A stretch of DNA of 64,000 bases from Patescibacteria group bacterium (lineage in GTDB: Bacteria > Patescibacteriota > Patescibacteriia > 2-01-FULL-39-33), in the NCBI GenBank assembly GCA_041650895.1, contig JBAZKF010000001.1, forward strand, positions 209,685-273,684, in the 5' to 3' direction. The stretch's first letter is position 1. Every line of letters starts with the position of its first letter. Position numbers and translations under genes: made by a program. This document shows, one piece after another, positions 8,178 through 18,004 of this stretch. Under the pieces are notes generated by a model that worked only from the letters and a program-made list of their open reading frames with translations, was not told the DNA's origin and did no database searches.

Positions 8178-9401
8178 TTATTGATATCGTAATGCATCAA
8201 TCGGATTGAGCTTGGCCGCGCGCCGCGCCGGATAATAACCGAACACTATGCCGATCAAAGCCGAAATGCCGAAAGCTAATAATACTGAAGTCCAGGTAAC
8301 GCTCGTAGCCATACTGGCCAAAGCGCTGATAATGTAAGACGCCAGCCAGCCGATAATAATGCCGAAGAAACCGCCGACAAAGGTCAGAGCCACGGACTCG
8401 GCCAGAAACTGACTGCTAATATCGGAATTGGTGGCGCCTAACGATTTTCTTAAGCCGATTTCCCTAGTACGCTCGGTTACGGTTGTTAACATCATATTCA
8501 TAATGCCGATACCGCCGACTACCAAGGAAATGCCGGCAATAGCGCCCAAAAGCCAAGTCAAGGTGGAGGAAACCGAAGACATAGTGCTCAACATGTCTGC
8601 CTGATTCATAATACTGAAGTCAAGATTATTAACATCGCTAACGCCATGGCGAGTCATGAGTAAATCGGAAATTCGCTGTTGGACTGAGTCCATTAAATCA
8701 GCCGATGATACTTGAACGCTGATATTGCTAACAGCCTTGTTGCCGGTAAAATATTGCTGAGCCACGCCAATGGGGATATAGATCAAATCATCGGAACTGC
8801 CCATCGTGGTGCCACCCTTGGATTGAGTAATGCCGATAACAGTAAACTCCTGACCGCTGATGCGAATTTTCTGTCCGATTGAATCGGCGCCTTCACCGAA
8901 TAAACTGTCTCTGGTAGTAGGACCGATAACAGCCACGCGAGCACCGGAATTAACTTGCTGAGCGCCGAATAACGACCCCAAGTCAGTGGTCACACTTTTA
9001 ATGGTAAAATAATTTTCGTCAATGCCGTAGATACTGGTGTTAGTGTTAGTGCCTTTGGCCGTAACTTGTTTTCGGGAAGTAACTGCCGGGGCTACCGCAG
9101 TAATACCATCAATGGAGGCGTAAATCGCCTCAGCATCCTCTAGGGTTAAAGTCGTAGCCTCTCCCATGCCGCCGCGCACCAGTTCTCCGGCACGACGTTG
9201 CGAAGCCGGCGAGATTACCAATAAGTTAGTGCCTAACGACTCAATCCTGCTGGTAATACTGGAAGTTGCCCCCTGACCCACGGAAACCATGGCAATCACC
9301 GAAGCAATGCCGATGACAATACCTAAAATCGTCAAAATAGATCGAGACTTGTTTGAAAGCAAAGAAAAGTATGTTTCTTGTGATAAATCGTAAAACAGCA
9401 T
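8178..9401 (-). CDS. ABC transporter permease, MacB/FtsX family
   Basis: 407 aa with an N-terminal TM, a large periplasmic domain and C-terminal FtsX-like TM helices. Confidence 0.85.
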   Translation of the reverse strand: MLFYDLSQETYFSLLSNKSRSILTILGIVIGIASVIAMVSVGQGATSSITSRIESLGTNLLVISPASQRRAGELVRGGMGEATTLTLEDAEAIYASIDGITAVAPAVTSRKQVTAKGTNTNTSIYGIDENYFTIKSVTTDLGSLFGAQQVNSGARVAVIGPTTRDSLFGEGADSIGQKIRISGQEFTVIGITQSKGGTTMGSSDDLIYIPIGVAQQYFTGNKAVSNISVQVSSADLMDSVQQRISDLLMTRHGVSDVNNLDFSIMNQADMLSTMSSVSSTLTWLLGAIAGISLVVGGIGIMNMMLTTVTERTREIGLRKSLGATNSDISSQFLAESVALTFVGGFFGIIIGWLASYIISALASMATSVTWTSVLLAFGISALIGIVFGYYPARRAAKLNPIDALRYQ

Positions 9402-9404
9402 AAA

Positions 9405-10091
9405 TTATCTTATTTTTTTGTCGCTAGTAATCCGGCCGTCCTTAATCTCAATTACCCGGTCAGCATGGCCGGCGACATCATGATCATGAGTAATAAGGAT
9501 TATCGTATGACCGAATTCCCGATTTAGACGTTTAAAAGTCTCCAAAGTAATCTCCCCCGTTTTGGAGTCAAGATTGCCCGTCGGTTCGTCGGCCAAAATA
9601 ATATCCGGATTATTAATCAGTGCCCGGGCGATGGCCACACGTTGCATCTGCCCGCCGGATAATTGGTTGGACAAATGATGCCAGCGACTTTCTTCCAAAC
9701 CTACGGCCTTCAATGCCTGCTCCGCCAAAGCCAAGCGTTGCTCTTTCGGTACTTTGGCATAAATCAAAGGCACCATAACATTGCGCAACACCGTGGAACG
9801 CGATAATAAATTGAAGGATTGAAAGACAAAACCGATCTTCTTGCAACGGATTAACGCTATTTCTTCGTCAGACAAACTGAATACATCCTGATCATCAAGA
9901 TAATACTTGCCGATACTGGGATGGTCCAAGGCGCCCAAAATATTCATCAAAGTGGTTTTGCCGGAACCGGAAGGACCGATAACGGCAACGAACTCTCCCC
10001 TGTCTATTTTAAAATTTATATCAGACAGGACCGCTAATTCGTTATCTTCGCCCATCTGATAAATCTTATTGATATTTTCGCATCTCAGCAT
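9405..10091 (-). CDS. ABC transporter ATP-binding protein (MacB/LolD-type)
   Basis: Walker A GPSGSGKTT, signature LSGGQMQRVAIARAL, Walker [12 protein letters not shown]. Confidence 0.9.
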   Translation of the reverse strand: MLRCENINKIYQMGEDNELAVLSDINFKIDRGEFVAVIGPSGSGKTTLMNILGALDHPSIGKYYLDDQDVFSLSDEEIALIRCKKIGFVFQSFNLLSRSTVLRNVMVPLIYAKVPKEQRLALAEQALKAVGLEESRWHHLSNQLSGGQMQRVAIARALINNPDIILADEPTGNLDSKTGEITLETFKRLNREFGHTIILITHDHDVAGHADRVIEIKDGRITSDKKIR

Positions 10092-10103
10092 AAATAATAT
10101 TGG

Positions 10104-11873
10104 TTAGAACCCCATCATCATCCCGCCTTGAGGACGGTTGCTAGAACTGCTACCGCTAGTTGTTTTAGCGCTGGATTTACCTGCAGTAACAGTCTGCGTC
10201 ACCACTTCGTCGCCTTCATTTATGCCGTTTAAAATCTCAGTCATGGTATCACTAGCTAATCCAATAGTAACTTCTTTCTGTTGCGGTTGGCCATTGACCA
10301 AAACCTGAACGTAGGTAACGCCGTTCTGTGTCTTGATGGCGGAACTGGGGACTTGCAAAGCCTCAACTTTAGAATCAATTATAATACTGACATTGGCGGT
10401 CATACCTGATTTAATCTGGTCGTTTTGCGAATCAAAAACTATCTTGACTTCATAGCTGGCCACACCCTGAGTGACCGTGCCGATCATATCCACATCAGCC
10501 ACTGAGCCGGTAACAGTCAAATCGCTAATGGCGTCAAAAGTAACACTGACCTTCTGGCCGGTTTTGACTTTGGACACATCAACTTCATTAAGCGAAATAT
10601 TAGCGATTTTCTGGTCGGTAATCAAAGTAACGGCGCTGGCGCCGGAAGAAACAGTATCACCCTTGGTGACAGCCACATTAGCCACAACACCATCAAAAGG
10701 AGCGACTACCGAATAATTGGCATATTGCTCCAAAGCATCAGCCAAGGAATTCTGCCGTTGCTGGACGCTCATTTGTTGTGCCCTAAGATCCAATTCATCG
10801 GCCCCGGCTTCTAAATTGGCCAAACTGGCAGTTTTCTCGGCGATTGTTCTATTGGCATTAGCAATCGCATCCTTATCTGTTTTTAAGGTTTGTTGAATAG
10901 CCAACAGGGTAGTCACATGATTGTTGACTTTACCGATGTCGGCGCTTAAATCATTCTGATAGCCATCAACCGTATTGAAAATAGACCAGTTGTTTTGCGA
11001 TCTATCTTCCACCCAAACGTCAAGCATGTTATTTTCGCTCTTGGCCGCCTGAGCAACAGCTTTGACGTTCTCTATAGTTTCGGCCAGTAATGTCTCTATT
11101 GTTTGATTGTCGGCATAGCGATTAGTGGCTTTAAAACTACTAAAATTGGCCTGATATTTGGTATAAGCGACTTTATAATCGTTTTCCGCTGTTAACTCAT
11201 ACAATTGAAAAGAGCTCTGATCCTCAGACGCCAAAGAATAAAGCAAGGCGGGTATATTATTTTGATTACTGCCAACAGTCTTTTCTGCTGTGCCTATTTC
11301 ATCACTATACAAAATATCATTCAACTTAGTCATAATGGTCGGCAAATCCAAGAAAGCGTTGGAGATATCGTTAAAAGCGTCTTCGTAAGCCTTAGCCAAG
11401 GCATACTCGGAATTTTCTTTGTTCTGCTGGGATTGGATCAGGGAATTTTGCGCTTGGATCAAAGACAGCTCATCGGTCGGCTGTTGCAATTTTTCCAGTG
11501 ACAGTTCAGCCGAATCCAAATTGGCTTGAGCATCACGCACCGACTTAGCCGCATCCTTGGCGTTAAGCTGAACCAGAACGTTACCGGCCTTAACCGCATC
11601 GCCCTTCTTAACTTTAACTGCCGTCACGTCGCTGGAAGCTTTGGTTTTCAACTCCACTTCACTGGACGCCGCCACAGTGCCGCTACCCGAAACAGTTGAA
11701 ATGATTATGTCTTTAACGGCTTTAGCAGTAACATAACTCACTTGCTGTTTTCCGCCAAACAATGATTGCCAACCAAAATAACCGCCGATAATTACGGCAA
11801 CCAAAACAATAACAGAAATAGCCTTGTGGCCCAAAACGAATTTTTTAAACAATCCTTTGATCTTATTAAGCAT
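10104..11873 (-). CDS. HlyD/MacA-family periplasmic adaptor (membrane fusion) protein with a long coiled-coil
   Basis: N-terminal TM; biotinyl/lipoyl-like motifs VKVKKGDAVKAGNVLVQL and VAPFDGVVANVAVTKGDTV flank ~250 aa of coiled-coil; C-terminal beta-barrel. Confidence 0.8.
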   Translation of the reverse strand: MLNKIKGLFKKFVLGHKAISVIVLVAVIIGGYFGWQSLFGGKQQVSYVTAKAVKDIIISTVSGSGTVAASSEVELKTKASSDVTAVKVKKGDAVKAGNVLVQLNAKDAAKSVRDAQANLDSAELSLEKLQQPTDELSLIQAQNSLIQSQQNKENSEYALAKAYEDAFNDISNAFLDLPTIMTKLNDILYSDEIGTAEKTVGSNQNNIPALLYSLASEDQSSFQLYELTAENDYKVAYTKYQANFSSFKATNRYADNQTIETLLAETIENVKAVAQAAKSENNMLDVWVEDRSQNNWSIFNTVDGYQNDLSADIGKVNNHVTTLLAIQQTLKTDKDAIANANRTIAEKTASLANLEAGADELDLRAQQMSVQQRQNSLADALEQYANYSVVAPFDGVVANVAVTKGDTVSSGASAVTLITDQKIANISLNEVDVSKVKTGQKVSVTFDAISDLTVTGSVADVDMIGTVTQGVASYEVKIVFDSQNDQIKSGMTANVSIIIDSKVEALQVPSSAIKTQNGVTYVQVLVNGQPQQKEVTIGLASDTMTEILNGINEGDEVVTQTVTAGKSSAKTTSGSSSSNRPQGGMMMGF

Positions 11874-11920
11874 AAATTATAAAGTATTAAAGCAATAAAA
11901 CAAATAACTAAATCCGATAA

Positions 11921-12424
11921 TTATTTAATTCCCGGAGCAATAGGAGAATTGGAAACAGGCGCTCCGGCAGGCGGAGTCGGCATCACCCTGATAAGTTTAG
12001 CGATAATTTGGCCGCTAGTAGTCGCCGGATCGCCAATAATGACAACTAAATCATTCAACTTAAGATCATTAGTCTTGATTGAGTCGCGCAAGCTTCTGAC
12101 AACAGTATCTTCTTTGGTCAAGACAGCTCTCTCCACATTATCATTGCCTTTGATAATGATCGTTGAACCGTCAATTTTTATAATTTGTCCGGCAATGCCG
12201 TGAGCATTAATCAAATCCTTGCCTTGGAAGGGTTCGGCAAAACCGCGTTGCGGTCCGGCAAAGTTGCGCTGATAATTTTCACTCCAATGATAGGAAAACT
12301 CAGCCTTCTTAAAGCCAATAAACGACCCAGCCTGAAAAACCAACAATAAGACAATAAAAATCACCATGCCAAGAACAACACCTAAAAATAATTTTGATTG
12401 GAAAAACTTGTTAAAATCAATCAT
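11921..12424 (-). CDS. Small membrane-anchored secreted protein (167 aa); paralog of 7668-8132
   Basis: See 7668-8132. Confidence 0.55.
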   Translation of the reverse strand: MIDFNKFFQSKLFLGVVLGMVIFIVLLLVFQAGSFIGFKKAEFSYHWSENYQRNFAGPQRGFAEPFQGKDLINAHGIAGQIIKIDGSTIIIKGNDNVERAVLTKEDTVVRSLRDSIKTNDLKLNDLVVIIGDPATTSGQIIAKLIRVMPTPPAGAPVSNSPIAPGIK

Positions 12425-12465
12425 ATGTTTATAAGTTAAAAATGTTTATAAATTAAATGATAGCA

Positions 12466-12939
12466 TTAAACCAAACGCGGATAGGCGCTTTTGAAATTTT
12501 TTACCAACAATTTCAACGACTCCATAAAGACCGCCAAAGTAGTTAAAAATAAAGCTAAGCTCAAAACCGGCAAAACCTCCAGAAGCGCCAAGACAAAATT
12601 CTGCCAATAAGCCAATGCCATATCGGGATCGGAAAAGAACAAAGAAATGAAGTCGGTAAAGCCGGATTGACTGATGTCCTGCCAGATCAAACGTAATGCC
12701 GGAACGACAGCGACTAAGGAAGCGACCAGGGTCAATGAAAAAATCGCCAAACGCCGTTTAGCTCGCTTGGCTTGCTCCCGGTTTAGCCCAAAAACTATCT
12801 CATTCAATAGTTCTTCGGATGGCTCGGGAGAATGGTAGGAAGAAAAGATTTTTCCTAATTCTTGTGGCATATGGTTATTAATACGATTTAAAGACGCATT
12901 AGGTTGCGTCTTTAATATTTTTATTCTAAATTTAGGCAA
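12466..12939 (-). CDS. Putative anti-sigma factor (membrane protein) encoded immediately after the ECF sigma factor, with an 8-bp overlap
   Basis: 157 aa with a central TM helix; positional inference. Confidence 0.45.
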   Translation of the reverse strand: MPKFRIKILKTQPNASLNRINNHMPQELGKIFSSYHSPEPSEELLNEIVFGLNREQAKRAKRRLAIFSLTLVASLVAVVPALRLIWQDISQSGFTDFISLFFSDPDMALAYWQNFVLALLEVLPVLSLALFLTTLAVFMESLKLLVKNFKSAYPRLV

Positions 12940-13501
12940 ATTTTTCGACTAAATCATCCCTCAATAACAGTAAGGCTCGCCGATGCTGACTTTTTACCGT
13001 ATTAAGCGGCTGGCCGGTTATTTCCGCTATTTCCAACAAAGAGAATCCATCAATATGATAGAGCCTAATGATCGGCTGATATCTGGACGGTAAACTGTTT
13101 ATGGCCTCGCCTAATAATCTACTCAAATCATTGCGTTCAAAAATCTCATCAGGCAACGGCCCGGGATCGGCCAATGTTTCTGCCAACACATTATCGCCCT
13201 CATCGTTTTCAAAAGCGGAAAAATTGAGCGGTTTTTTCTTTTTCAAATAATCCAGCGCGGTGTTTTTGGCAATAGTAAACAACCAAACCTTAAAACTTTT
13301 CTGATGGTTGAACCGCCTTATCCCCCGCCAGACCTTGATAAAAGTTACCTGGGTCAAATCTTCGGCTTCGTCCTGATTCTTAACATAACCGAAAATAAAG
13401 CCGTAAACGGCTTTAAAATATTTGGCGACTAACTCCTCCAAAGCTTTTTCATCGCCGGACAAATAATCAGCAACTGATTTTTCATCAATCCGTTGGAACA
13501 T
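12932..13501 (-). CDS. RNA polymerase sigma-70 factor, ECF subfamily
   Basis: Region 2 (DEAEDLTQVTFIKVWRGIRRF) and region 4 (GFSLLEIAEITGQPLNTVKSQHRRAL). Confidence 0.85.
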   Translation of the reverse strand: MFQRIDEKSVADYLSGDEKALEELVAKYFKAVYGFIFGYVKNQDEAEDLTQVTFIKVWRGIRRFNHQKSFKVWLFTIAKNTALDYLKKKKPLNFSAFENDEGDNVLAETLADPGPLPDEIFERNDLSRLLGEAINSLPSRYQPIIRLYHIDGFSLLEIAEITGQPLNTVKSQHRRALLLLRDDLVEKFA

Positions 13502-13531
13502 TTTTAAAAAATATTAGTAACAAAAATTATT

Positions 13532-14254
13532 TTATTTTAATTTCAGCAACTTCGCCACATATTCTTTCGCTTTCAATTGTTCGGCTACGGTGTTTTCCAA
13601 TTCCAAAGCGATAAACTGCGGCAAGTATTCCTGATACCGAACACAATAGTCAAATTCGCTTAGATTTTTAAAACTATGCCTGTCATAGCCATAGTCATCA
13701 TCCTCAATCTTAACTATCGACTCCGGTTTGATGGCATTCAAATGCCAGCAACCGACCGGATATTTTTTTAATAGTTCCACAATCTCTCGATAAAGAGGCA
13801 GTCCCAATAACCGTTTGTTCTCGTGATGCGACACATCCAAACATAAACCCGCCCACTCGCTGATTTCATCGGCTATGGGGCTATTGGTGTTCTCCAGATA
13901 GATCATAGACCTAAAACGAGACAGATCATACTTTAAGGGAAACTGTTTCTGGCTATGGATGTTAAACATCTTAGTGCCATAATTATCAATCAAATAATCT
14001 ACTTCCTCCGGCGGCATATCAGAACGCAAGTGCACGAAAGGTATACTCTTAACGCTTGACTGCTTAAGCGCTTCAAAGACTTTTTCATGCTCTTTGGCGG
14101 GCAAGGCGCTTAAAAACAAAGCCACTTCCTGGACACCCAAGGAAGTGCAATCACTAATCATCTGTCGCCAATCAGCATGGCTTGTTGTGGTAATGGAAGG
14201 TAAAATTAATGTCATACTACTTTGGATAGTAGCAGAAACAGCTTTATTTTTCAA
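13532..14254 (-). CDS. Hypothetical protein, possibly a xylose-isomerase-like TIM-barrel / sugar-phosphate isomerase-epimerase family member
   Basis: Weak resemblance only (..MFNIHS.., CLDVSHH); the true start may be further downstream. Confidence 0.3.
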   Translation of the reverse strand: MKNKAVSATIQSSMTLILPSITTTSHADWRQMISDCTSLGVQEVALFLSALPAKEHEKVFEALKQSSVKSIPFVHLRSDMPPEEVDYLIDNYGTKMFNIHSQKQFPLKYDLSRFRSMIYLENTNSPIADEISEWAGLCLDVSHHENKRLLGLPLYREIVELLKKYPVGCWHLNAIKPESIVKIEDDDYGYDRHSFKNLSEFDYCVRYQEYLPQFIALELENTVAEQLKAKEYVAKLLKLK

Positions 14255-14366
14255 TTTTAATGGCTACCAAAGACTGACAAACTTGACATATCCCCTGAAA
14301 TTGCTACAATAAACAATCAATAGAACCTTTATAAATACGAATCAAAAACCGCAGGAGGAACCAGCC

Positions 14367-15071
14367 ATGACCAATACCGGTACCGGCGTAGGAAGCAAAA
14401 AACATCAAGAAAATTGGTTGCCTCACCAAGAATTCCTTAAACTGTTGGAATTCAAAATGTCGCCTGGGGATATTGAATTAGTTGATTTCGCCTATGAACT
14501 GGGCAAAGCCGGCCATCACGAACAGAAACGCGATGATGGTACGCCGTATATTGAACACTGCAAGAACACGGCACGGATTATCATGCAAGAATTGGGCATC
14601 TGGGATAAGGATCTGATCATCGCCGCCCTACTCCACGATTTCCGTGAGGATGCTCCAGAACTATTATTACGCCTGGCCACTCCCAGTAAATTAACCGCCA
14701 TTTTCGGCCGACGCGCCTCCAGTTTGATCGTCAATATGACCAAGCCGTCCAAAAACGATCCGCGATTCAAATCGGACTCCGAGAGGCATCAGTTCTATTT
14801 CCAACAGCTTAATAAAGCCAACCCCTGGATTAAACTGCTTAAATTGTGCGATCGTTTGCACAATATGCGCACCATTCACCATTGCGCTCCGGAAAAACGG
14901 ACTCGCAAAATCAAAGAGACCATTGATATCTACCTGCCCATGATTGCAGCCATTGAGCAAATCAATGTTAATTTCTGCCGTTATCTGAACCATGAACTGC
15001 GGGAAGCGATTGAAATAGCCAGGACTCTGCCGGCCGAACAATCGGGACCGCCGCGAGCCAGTAACACCTGA
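14367..15071 (+). CDS. HD-domain (p)ppGpp hydrolase-like protein (SpoT/RelA HD domain; small alarmone hydrolase-like)
   Basis: AYELGKAGHHEQKRDDGTPYIEHCKNTARII...AALLHDFRED matches the RelA/SpoT HD hydrolase motif. A GGAGGA Shine-Dalgarno precedes the ATG. Confidence 0.7.
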   Translation: MTNTGTGVGSKKHQENWLPHQEFLKLLEFKMSPGDIELVDFAYELGKAGHHEQKRDDGTPYIEHCKNTARIIMQELGIWDKDLIIAALLHDFREDAPELLLRLATPSKLTAIFGRRASSLIVNMTKPSKNDPRFKSDSERHQFYFQQLNKANPWIKLLKLCDRLHNMRTIHHCAPEKRTRKIKETIDIYLPMIAAIEQINVNFCRYLNHELREAIEIARTLPAEQSGPPRASNT

Positions 15072-15118
15072 ACTTTTATCCAACCACCTCCGTCGCCAAA
15101 ACGGAGGTTTATTTTTTA

Positions 15119-15681
15119 AAACAAAAACTCCCACCCAGAATAAGGCGGGAGTTTTATAGAATTACTTTAAATAAAAATTAATCAGGTTTCTGCGAACTGG
15201 CGGTCAAGGTGCCAACAGCATTGCCGTGGTCATAATAACCCTCTCTGAAGCCAGCTTGGATAATCGCGGGAACGGCTGAGCCGTAAAGCGCGGTCTGAGC
15301 GGCTGAATCAGCCAATTGGTAAAGATTGCCTCTCGTAGCAACGGCATAAATTATCGGACTGTTATCAAACTTAATCAAACTGCCCGGTTTGGCGATTAGA
15401 TTTCCACCAGTAGGAATAGCATCAAATTCCGCTTGAGAAACTAGGATAAGGGTAGCAAAGTTATTGGCGCTATCACCGGCGTCGGAGCTCCAAGTCGTAT
15501 AGGTGGCACGATTAACGAATAAATATTTCTTGCCATCAACAACATAATAAACAGCCGGACGGTCACTGGCATTGACTTTTATGATTGAACCAGGGGTATT
15601 ACTGACGACGACTGACGCCGGAGCGGCGGGAGCGGCGGGAGTAGCCGGGGTTTCAACTTCGGGCGTGGCCGGAGTGGCGGG
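15119..15681. repeat. 563-bp direct repeat, copy 1 (identical by my reading to 16585-17147); covers the 3' end of the gene, the stop, the 3' UTR and the terminator
   Basis: Offset 1466 bp verified at both repeat ends and at the stop codons. Confidence 0.8.
15121..15156. terminator. Bidirectional intrinsic terminator (AACTCCCACC-cagaataa-GGCGGGAGTT); an identical copy lies at 16587-16622
   Basis: Hairpin with T-run on the plus strand and tttttgt on the minus strand. Confidence 0.65.
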
Positions 15682-16455
15682 CTCAATAGGAATTTCTGAT
15701 ACTGAGGATGCCTTAGTAATAGTATTAGAATCCAAAGTTACTGCGGTCTGAGCTAAGGCTCGGCCGTTTAATGTTGCGCCGTTTTTCAAAACAATCGCCG
15801 TTTGATCCAAAATATTTCCGTTAAAAACAGCATTCGTTTCAATAGTCGTTTGTCCTCCAACTACCCAAAACACGTTGTTTGCTTGCGCTCCACCAGTTAA
15901 GATAATTTTTACACCAGAATCAATAGTAAGATTTCTCGTAATCAAAAAAATCCAAACATCTTCCGCACCGCCGGATAAAGTAAGATCCGCCGGTATTCTC
16001 ACGTCAGTAGTCCATTTATAAATATTAGGTGCAAATATCTGCCCACCAATATTTCCGGTTAATAGATCAATAAAATTAGACAATCGTCCTATATTACCGG
16101 TAAACGCGTTTTGCATGTCATCTATCGCCGTGGTCAAATTAGCGGGGGTTGGCTCTGCATAATCCGACGCGTAGACTTTTCCCGTTACTAAAGCTGAAGT
16201 GGAAAATGCCCCCGCCGCAGGCAAAGTTAAGGCAAACCCAGTTATAGCACTTGCGGCGATTGGACTTACCCCAATATCACCGACAACCGCAGTTGACCCG
16301 GTAGTTGAGATACCGGTTTTTGCCAAAATTGCATAATCACCAGCTGAACCGAGATCCACGATTTCCGGACCGGCTGCGAATACGGTAATGGGCCCCGCCA
16401 GACTAACCGTAACGGCCATAAGCATAGCCGTTGAGAGTATTTTTAATGTTTTCAT
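15178..16455 (-). CDS. Secreted ice-binding-like (DUF3494) domain protein with a Pro/Thr/Ala linker and a shared ~150-aa C-terminal domain
   Basis: Signal peptide, then AGDYAILAKTGISTTGSTAVVGDIGVSPIAASAITGF..., typical of the DUF3494/IBP family. The C-terminal 172 aa are identical to those of 16644-17885. Confidence 0.7.
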   Translation of the reverse strand: MKTLKILSTAMLMAVTVSLAGPITVFAAGPEIVDLGSAGDYAILAKTGISTTGSTAVVGDIGVSPIAASAITGFALTLPAAGAFSTSALVTGKVYASDYAEPTPANLTTAIDDMQNAFTGNIGRLSNFIDLLTGNIGGQIFAPNIYKWTTDVRIPADLTLSGGAEDVWIFLITRNLTIDSGVKIILTGGAQANNVFWVVGGQTTIETNAVFNGNILDQTAIVLKNGATLNGRALAQTAVTLDSNTITKASSVSEIPIEPATPATPEVETPATPAAPAAPASVVVSNTPGSIIKVNASDRPAVYYVVDGKKYLFVNRATYTTWSSDAGDSANNFATLILVSQAEFDAIPTGGNLIAKPGSLIKFDNSPIIYAVATRGNLYQLADSAAQTALYGSAVPAIIQAGFREGYYDHGNAVGTLTASSQKPD

Positions 16456-16584
16456 AGTAATTATATTAATTGTTTATAGCTATTCAAAAAATCCTTTTTA
16501 AACTTAGAGTTTGATTCTCCCCTATTATTGATTACTTTAAGTATACCACTAATACTAAAAGTAAACTACCTCGTCAATCCCTGT

Positions 16585-17147
16585 AAACAAAAACTCCCAC
16601 CCAGAATAAGGCGGGAGTTTTATAGAATTACTTTAAATAAAAATTAATCAGGTTTCTGCGAACTGGCGGTCAAGGTGCCAACAGCATTGCCGTGGTCATA
16701 ATAACCCTCTCTGAAGCCAGCTTGGATAATCGCGGGAACGGCTGAGCCGTAAAGCGCGGTCTGAGCGGCTGAATCAGCCAATTGGTAAAGATTGCCTCTC
16801 GTAGCAACGGCATAAATTATCGGACTGTTATCAAACTTAATCAAACTGCCCGGTTTGGCGATTAGATTTCCACCAGTAGGAATAGCATCAAATTCCGCTT
16901 GAGAAACTAGGATAAGGGTAGCAAAGTTATTGGCGCTATCACCGGCGTCGGAGCTCCAAGTCGTATAGGTGGCACGATTAACGAATAAATATTTCTTGCC
17001 ATCAACAACATAATAAACAGCCGGACGGTCACTGGCATTGACTTTTATGATTGAACCAGGGGTATTACTGACGACGACTGACGCCGGAGCGGCGGGAGCG
17101 GCGGGAGTAGCCGGGGTTTCAACTTCGGGCGTGGCCGGAGTGGCGGG
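16585..17147. repeat. 563-bp direct repeat, copy 2
   Basis: See copy 1. Confidence 0.8.
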
Positions 17148-17885
17148 GGTGGCTGGTACGGCGGGAGTAGCTGGCGTAGAATTTTCAGTACCACTACCAC
17201 AAGTAACCGTAGCAATCCCGGTGTCAGACCAGTCGGTAACCTCCCCTTCCGCATTTTTACCCTTAACTCTAAAACTATAAGACGTATTACATGATAAACC
17301 GGTGGAAGACCATACTAATCCGGCAGTCCAACCGGAATTGGTTCCTGCGGTAATATTCTCCGCATAATAACTGGTTGCGCCCACATCGGACCACGATACT
17401 GCAATTATGGATGGGCCGGTGACATTAGCGGTGGGGGCGGTTGTAGGAGCCGTAGCCAATGTATAACCATTAACAGAAACATAAGTTGAGGTCGCTACAC
17501 CATCTCCGGCAGCCACCCTAAACCAATATTGGGTATTGGCAGTTAAGCCGGACCAAGTGGAACTGGCATTATTGCCAAGACCGCTTCCCGCCGGAGTAGA
17601 TGTTGCCTGAGTGGATGTAACAAATGTTACACCATCGGTTGAAGTGGCAAGAATATAAACCGTGGAGCTATCAGCTGTTCCTCCCGACCAACTGAAAGTC
17701 AAATAATTGGTTGAGGTGACAGAAATGTATAGACCGGTCGGAACCGGAGGCGCCGTCGCCGACGCATCATTGGCCATAAAACCAATGGCGAAAACAACCG
17801 CGATTAGCACGGCTGATGTTCTAGCCAGCATTAAAAACCGGCTGATTTTTATACCTTCCATATTTTTATCTTTTACTTTCGCCAA
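16644..17885 (-). CDS. Secreted protein with two fibronectin type III-like domains, a PT/PA linker and the shared ~150-aa C-terminal domain
   Basis: FN3-like signature (LTFSWSGG...YWFRVAAGDG and SYSFRVKGKNAEGEVTDWS), then the identical C-terminal domain. Confidence 0.7.
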   Translation of the reverse strand: MAKVKDKNMEGIKISRFLMLARTSAVLIAVVFAIGFMANDASATAPPVPTGLYISVTSTNYLTFSWSGGTADSSTVYILATSTDGVTFVTSTQATSTPAGSGLGNNASSTWSGLTANTQYWFRVAAGDGVATSTYVSVNGYTLATAPTTAPTANVTGPSIIAVSWSDVGATSYYAENITAGTNSGWTAGLVWSSTGLSCNTSYSFRVKGKNAEGEVTDWSDTGIATVTCGSGTENSTPATPAVPATPATPATPEVETPATPAAPAAPASVVVSNTPGSIIKVNASDRPAVYYVVDGKKYLFVNRATYTTWSSDAGDSANNFATLILVSQAEFDAIPTGGNLIAKPGSLIKFDNSPIIYAVATRGNLYQLADSAAQTALYGSAVPAIIQAGFREGYYDHGNAVGTLTASSQKPD

Positions 17886-18004
17886 ATAGCGAAAGTTTAT
17901 AAATGTAAATTGCAGATCTATATAAAGAATAGCACTTTTAAACTAAGAATAAAAGACCACTGTGGATAACTTTAGATAAACAAAATTATTAATTTACCCT
18001 AAAT

